A stretch of DNA of 64,000 bases from the human T2T-CHM13v2.0 reference genome, Homo sapiens. Positions 59,690-64,000 of this stretch are shown here, in pieces. The notes beneath the pieces are model-generated. The model did no database searches. It was not told the DNA's origin and was given only the letters and a program-made list of their open reading frames with translations. Numbering within the stretch: the first letter of the stretch is position 1; each line of letters starts with the position of its first letter. Where the stretch lies: assembly GCF_009914755.1 (NCBI RefSeq), contig NC_060928.1; one strand, given 5' to 3'. The translations under genes and the position numbers were made by a program.

Positions 59690-59980
59690 TGCAGGGCGCA
59701 GTGTTTACTCCTGAAATCCTAGCACTTTGGGAGGCTGAGGCAAGAGGATCTCTTGAGGCCAGGAGTTCAACACCAGCCTGGCCAAAATGGCAAAAACCTT
59801 GTCTACCGAAAATACAAAAATTAGTGGCATATGCCTGTAATCCTAGATACTTGAAAGACTGAGGCATGAGAATTGCTTGAACCCTGGAGGTAGAGGTTGC
59901 AGTGAGCCAAGATCGTGTCACTGCACTCCAGCCTGGGCACAGAGTAAGACTTTGTCTCCCTCCCCGCCCCGCTCGAAAAA
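59690..59980 (+). mobile_element. Alu (J or old S) with 12-bp TSD
   Basis: TSD aagattcgacaa (59677-59688) / aagatccgacaa (59981-59992). Confidence 0.9.
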
Positions 59981-60159
59981 AAGATCCGACAATCATATCT
60001 TCTCGGTATTTTCCTATGTTTTTGGGAAAGTGTGATCAACAAGGTAGGACCAAGGACAGACTAACATCTAAAAAAAGCTAGAGAACTTCCTCAAGGAAGA
60101 AACTATTTAATTCTTTTGTAATTTCTTCATTGGTTTGTAAAAATGTCATTAAAAATTAT

Positions 60160-61105
60160 CTCTAATCTTGAAATGAGGTGATGTGAGCCCTCCAGCACTT
60201 TTTTTTTCAAAATTATTTTGCCTGTTCTGTTTTGCTTTTTCATATATATTTTAGAATCAATTTTTCAACTTCTACCAAAAACATACAAACTAGCAAAAAA
60301 TCAAAAACAAATCTGTAGGAATTTTAATTTGTTATCGTGTAGAATCTACTGAAAAATTGGGGGAGAAATGGCATGTTAGCCATGTTGAGTCTTCAGATTT
60401 ATTAACATGGTATATATATCTGAATTTGTTAAGTCATTTTTGATTTTGCTTATTAATGTTTGTAGCTTTCATTTAACATAGTAAGTTGTGTCAACACAAA
60501 GAGTTAACCTCATAAGGGGAGCTGGCATGTATTTCTTTATCTTTTATTGTCTAGCAAATTTGGGGTAGAAACTGGTATCATTTTTTGTTTTTTCTTAAAT
60601 GTCTGTTAGAACCTGCCAGTGAAGATATCTGGGTCTGGAGTTTTCTTTGTGGGACAGTTTTTAATTACAAATTAAATTTTATTAAACTATATAGGATAAA
60701 AAAGATATACGGCTATTCAAGATATGAATTTCTTCTTGAGTAAGCATTAGTTATCTATGCTTTTTAAATTATTTGTCTATTTCATTTAACATATCAAATT
60801 CATTGAAATTAGTTGTTCACAACATACTCTCATTATCCTATTAAATAACATCTATGGTTATAATGGTAATATGTGTCTTCTCTTTTATTTTCTTGACCAA
60901 TCTGAGTAGTCTTGTCTATTATATGGACCTATTTTTTTTTTTTTCGAAAACATCTTTCGGTATCATCAATGTTCTCCATTTTTGTTTTTTTTTTTTTAAA
61001 TTTCATTTATTTCTGCTCTTCTCTTTAATATTCCCTACCCTCTGCTTGCTTTATATTTAATTTCCTCTTCTTTCTCTCAGTTCTTAAGGGAAAAGCTTTG
61101 ACTGC
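60160..61105 (-). mobile_element. Old L1M fragments
   Basis: ttttagaatcaatttttcaacttctacc, gccagtgaagatatctgggtctggagttttctttgtggg. Confidence 0.75.
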
Positions 61106-61107
61106 TC

Positions 61108-62305
61108 GCGTGTCTTCTTTTGAGACTCATCTGTTCATGCTTTTTGTCTTCTTTTTAATGGGGTTACTTGTTTTTTGCTTGTCAAGTTCCTTATAAATTC
61201 TGAGTACTAGACCTTTGTCAGATATATAGTTTGCAAATGTTTTCTCCCATTCTGTAGGCTGTCTGATTAATCTGTTGATAGTGTCTTTTGCTGTGCAGAA
61301 GCTCTTTAGTTTAATTAGGTACCCTTTTTCAATTTTTGTTTTTGTTGTAATTGCTTTGGAGAACTTAGTCATCAATTACGTCCCAAGGCCAATGTCCAGA
61401 ATGATGTTTCCCATGCTTTCTTTTAGGATTCTTAGTTTGAGGCCTTACATTTAAATCTTTAATTGATCTTGAGTTAATTTTTGTATATGGTGAAAGGTAG
61501 GAGTCCAGTTTCTTTCTTCTGAATATGGCTAGCCAGCAATGAAATGCCCAAGATCAGAGAAATGCAAAGCAAAACAATAATGAGGCACCATCCCACACCA
61601 ATCAGAATGGCTATTATTAAAAAATCAAAAAAAAAACAACAGATGATGGTGAGGCTGAGGAGAAAAGAGAACATGTATACTTTGTTGGTGGGAATATAAA
61701 TTAGTTCAGCTACTGTGGAAATCAGTTTGGAAATTTTCCAAAGAACTTAAAAGAGAACTAACATTCAACCCAGTAACCCCATTAGTGGTATATATTCAAA
61801 AGAAAATAAATTGTTCTACCAAAAAGACACACGTATATTCAATGCAGTACTATTCACAATAGCCAAGACATGGAATGAACCTAGAGATTCATCAATAGTG
61901 GATTAAAGAAAATGTGGTACTTACACATCATGGAATACTATGCAGTCATGAAAAAGAACAAAGTAATTTCCTTGCAGCAGCGTAGATGCAGCTAGGGGCT
62001 ATTATCCTAAGCAAATTAATGCAGGAACAGAAAACCAAATAGTGCATATTCTCACTTATAAGTGGGAGGTAAATACTGGGTAAGCATGGACATAAAGATG
62101 GCAACAATAAATTCTGGGTCCTACTAGAGTGGGGTGGGAAGAAGGTGGACGAGGATTGAAAAACTAACTATTAGGTACTATACTCACTACCTGGGTGTCA
62201 GGATTGATTGTACCAAATACCTCAGCATCATGCAATATACTCATGTAATAAACCTGCACATGTACCCCTGAATCTAAAATTAAAGTTGATATCATTTTTA
62301 AAAAA
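61108..62305 (+). mobile_element. L1PA15/16-like 3' end with inverted 5' segment (61108-61538 on the minus strand)
   Basis: Minus ORF 61127..61375 ([13 protein letters not shown]...[12 protein letters not shown]) is L1 ORF2; the sense part from about 61550 runs to aaacctgcacatgtacccctgaatctaaaat. Confidence 0.88.
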
Positions 62306-62334
62306 GCAAACAAATATTATATACGTGTGTGTGT

Positions 62335-63800
62335 GTCTTTTTAATTTCACTTGTGACTACCACTTTAATCCATGGCTTATTTAGAAGTTTAATTTCCAAA
62401 TATTTAATAATTTTTAGTTCAATTATATTTTTGTCAGATAATATACATCACATGATTTCAATTCTGTTGATGTTTGTTTAATGATCCAGATATGGGTTAC
62501 TAGGTGACTATCATGTGTGCACTTAAAAAGAGTGTGTATTTTGCTCTTTGGGGTGATATGTTCAATAAATGTCAGTTATGTCAAGCTGGTTGATAGTATT
62601 ATTCAGGTCTTCTATAAACTTATTGATTTTCTCAATTTTTGTAGTATTGGTTACTAAGAGGCAAATGTTGCAGTTTCCAGCTCTAATAGTGGGTATGTGT
62701 ATTTCCTTTTGGTTCCTATCGGTTTTTGGTTCGTGTGCATTAAAATTATGTTGTTAGGTGCAAACACATTTGGCATTACATTTACACTTATAGTAATATT
62801 AATATGGTTGGATTTAAAGCTACCATGTGCTAGTTACATACTGCTCATTACATTCTATTTGCCCCACATATTCCCCATTCTTTTTTGCCTCTTTTTCTGC
62901 CTTTTGAATTAACTGAATTTTTATGATATCCTTTTTTCTCCACTAATGGCTTATTAGTTAAATCTCTTAGTCTTGCCTGGTGCACCTAGAACCTGTGGTG
63001 TGTCCTTTTTAGCATTCTTGCTTCTCCTCCCAGTGGTAGCCAAACTCTGTCTTCTATCTGTGGTTGCGTTTGGGCACATGTCATGTCACCTGCCCCCTCT
63101 TGGAGGAAAAGTGGTTCTTCTGCTCAAGAGCGGTTTGTTCCTCTGCTCAAGAGTGGTCTTGTCTTTCCTCATGTAGAGAGATTTTGCTTCTACTTCAGCT
63201 TTTGAAGGAAACTGGCTAAGACGGTTTCCAATATCTTACTCAGAGCAAAAACGTTTTCCTTCTACTCCTCCCCAAGAATCAAGAGTTTTTTTCCTGCTTT
63301 GGGGAGGAGGGGTGAGAGAAATGTGTTCCCCCAGAGACTTAACACTATTGCACACTTCTCTGGTCTTTTGCCCTGTCTCAGATATTTCTCTTGAGCACCA
63401 ATGAAAGTCCACGGAAAATAACCTAGAATTGATTGCAAACTCTCTTTGTTTCTGTGGCTCCCAAGCATCTCAAACCAACTCATCTTGCTGTAATTGGGCT
63501 TTGCTAACTCACCTAAATCCCCAGCTTCTGATCGCTCATAGGTAGCCACCTTTTTCTCACACGCTTTGCCAAATCTGAAACAGCCCTGTGGCCTATCTTC
63601 ATTGGAGAGTTCTTGCTTCTCTTTGAAATTCAGTTTATTTGATGGCTTTGCCACCACTGCTCTCTGATGAGCTCAAGAAGATTAAAAATTTTTAGAGTAC
63701 CAGGCTTTTTCTCTATGGTCAGGTGAGAAAATTCAATTGGGAACCATTGTTCTTCTAGCGCTTTCTACTGCCAAGGAGAAGCCCAAGTCTGCTTTCTCAT
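62335..63800 (-). mobile_element. Old L1M ORF2 and 5'UTR fragments
   Basis: atgtgtgcacttaaaaagagtgtgtattttgct, tcaagctggttgatagtattattcaggtcttctata; the distal part is less certain. Confidence 0.6.
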
Positions 63801-64000
63801 GTGAGTCTAATAGGACATTTTCTTTGGTATCTTTTATTCAAGTGTGTTTCACAAAATATCTGAACTGCTAAATAGTTTTGGAAATTAGATGAGAAAAAAC
63901 AAACAAATTGAACAAAAATATTAGTCTAGAAAATGAATCCCGTTTCCCAAAATATATATGACCACAGAATTCTATATTTTGCTTGAGAAGTTTTTTTGAG

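Noticed and set aside
63262-63657. 131-aa minus-strand ORF
   Set aside because: No recognisable domain, not testican sequence, and lies in a probable old L1 5'UTR remnant.

Overview
AT-rich primate (almost certainly human or great ape) intronic DNA from inside SPOCK3 (testican-3), which runs on the minus strand. The only host coding sequence is one 120-nt internal exon at 21394-21513, translating to (A)CSDLEFREVANRLRDWFKALHESGSQNKKTKTLLRPERS(R). The rest is intron with many transposon fossils: about 13 Alus, L1/L2/MIR/HAL1 fragments, MaLR/ERV LTRs, the MITEs MER30, MER44A and MER104, a deleted HSMAR2 carrying an MLT2A2 LTR, and a near-full-length Tigger3/Golem with a decayed pogo-type DDE transposase. 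I see no new gene system, and almost all ORF-track entries are repeat-derived or chance. The most unusual signal is a cluster of locally templated insertions: a ~175-bp copy of 24336-24509 inside the Tigger3 right end; a ~185-bp copy of 57687-57872 between 23-bp direct repeats at 58924-59171; a perfect 39-bp duplicate 2.2 kb apart; and a fold-back insertion in the transposase. Candidate splicing features near the exon are a bipartite QKI element, inverted Alus and an in-frame cryptic Alu exon. Repeat subfamily names come from recalled consensus sequences, and old-repeat boundaries are approximate.
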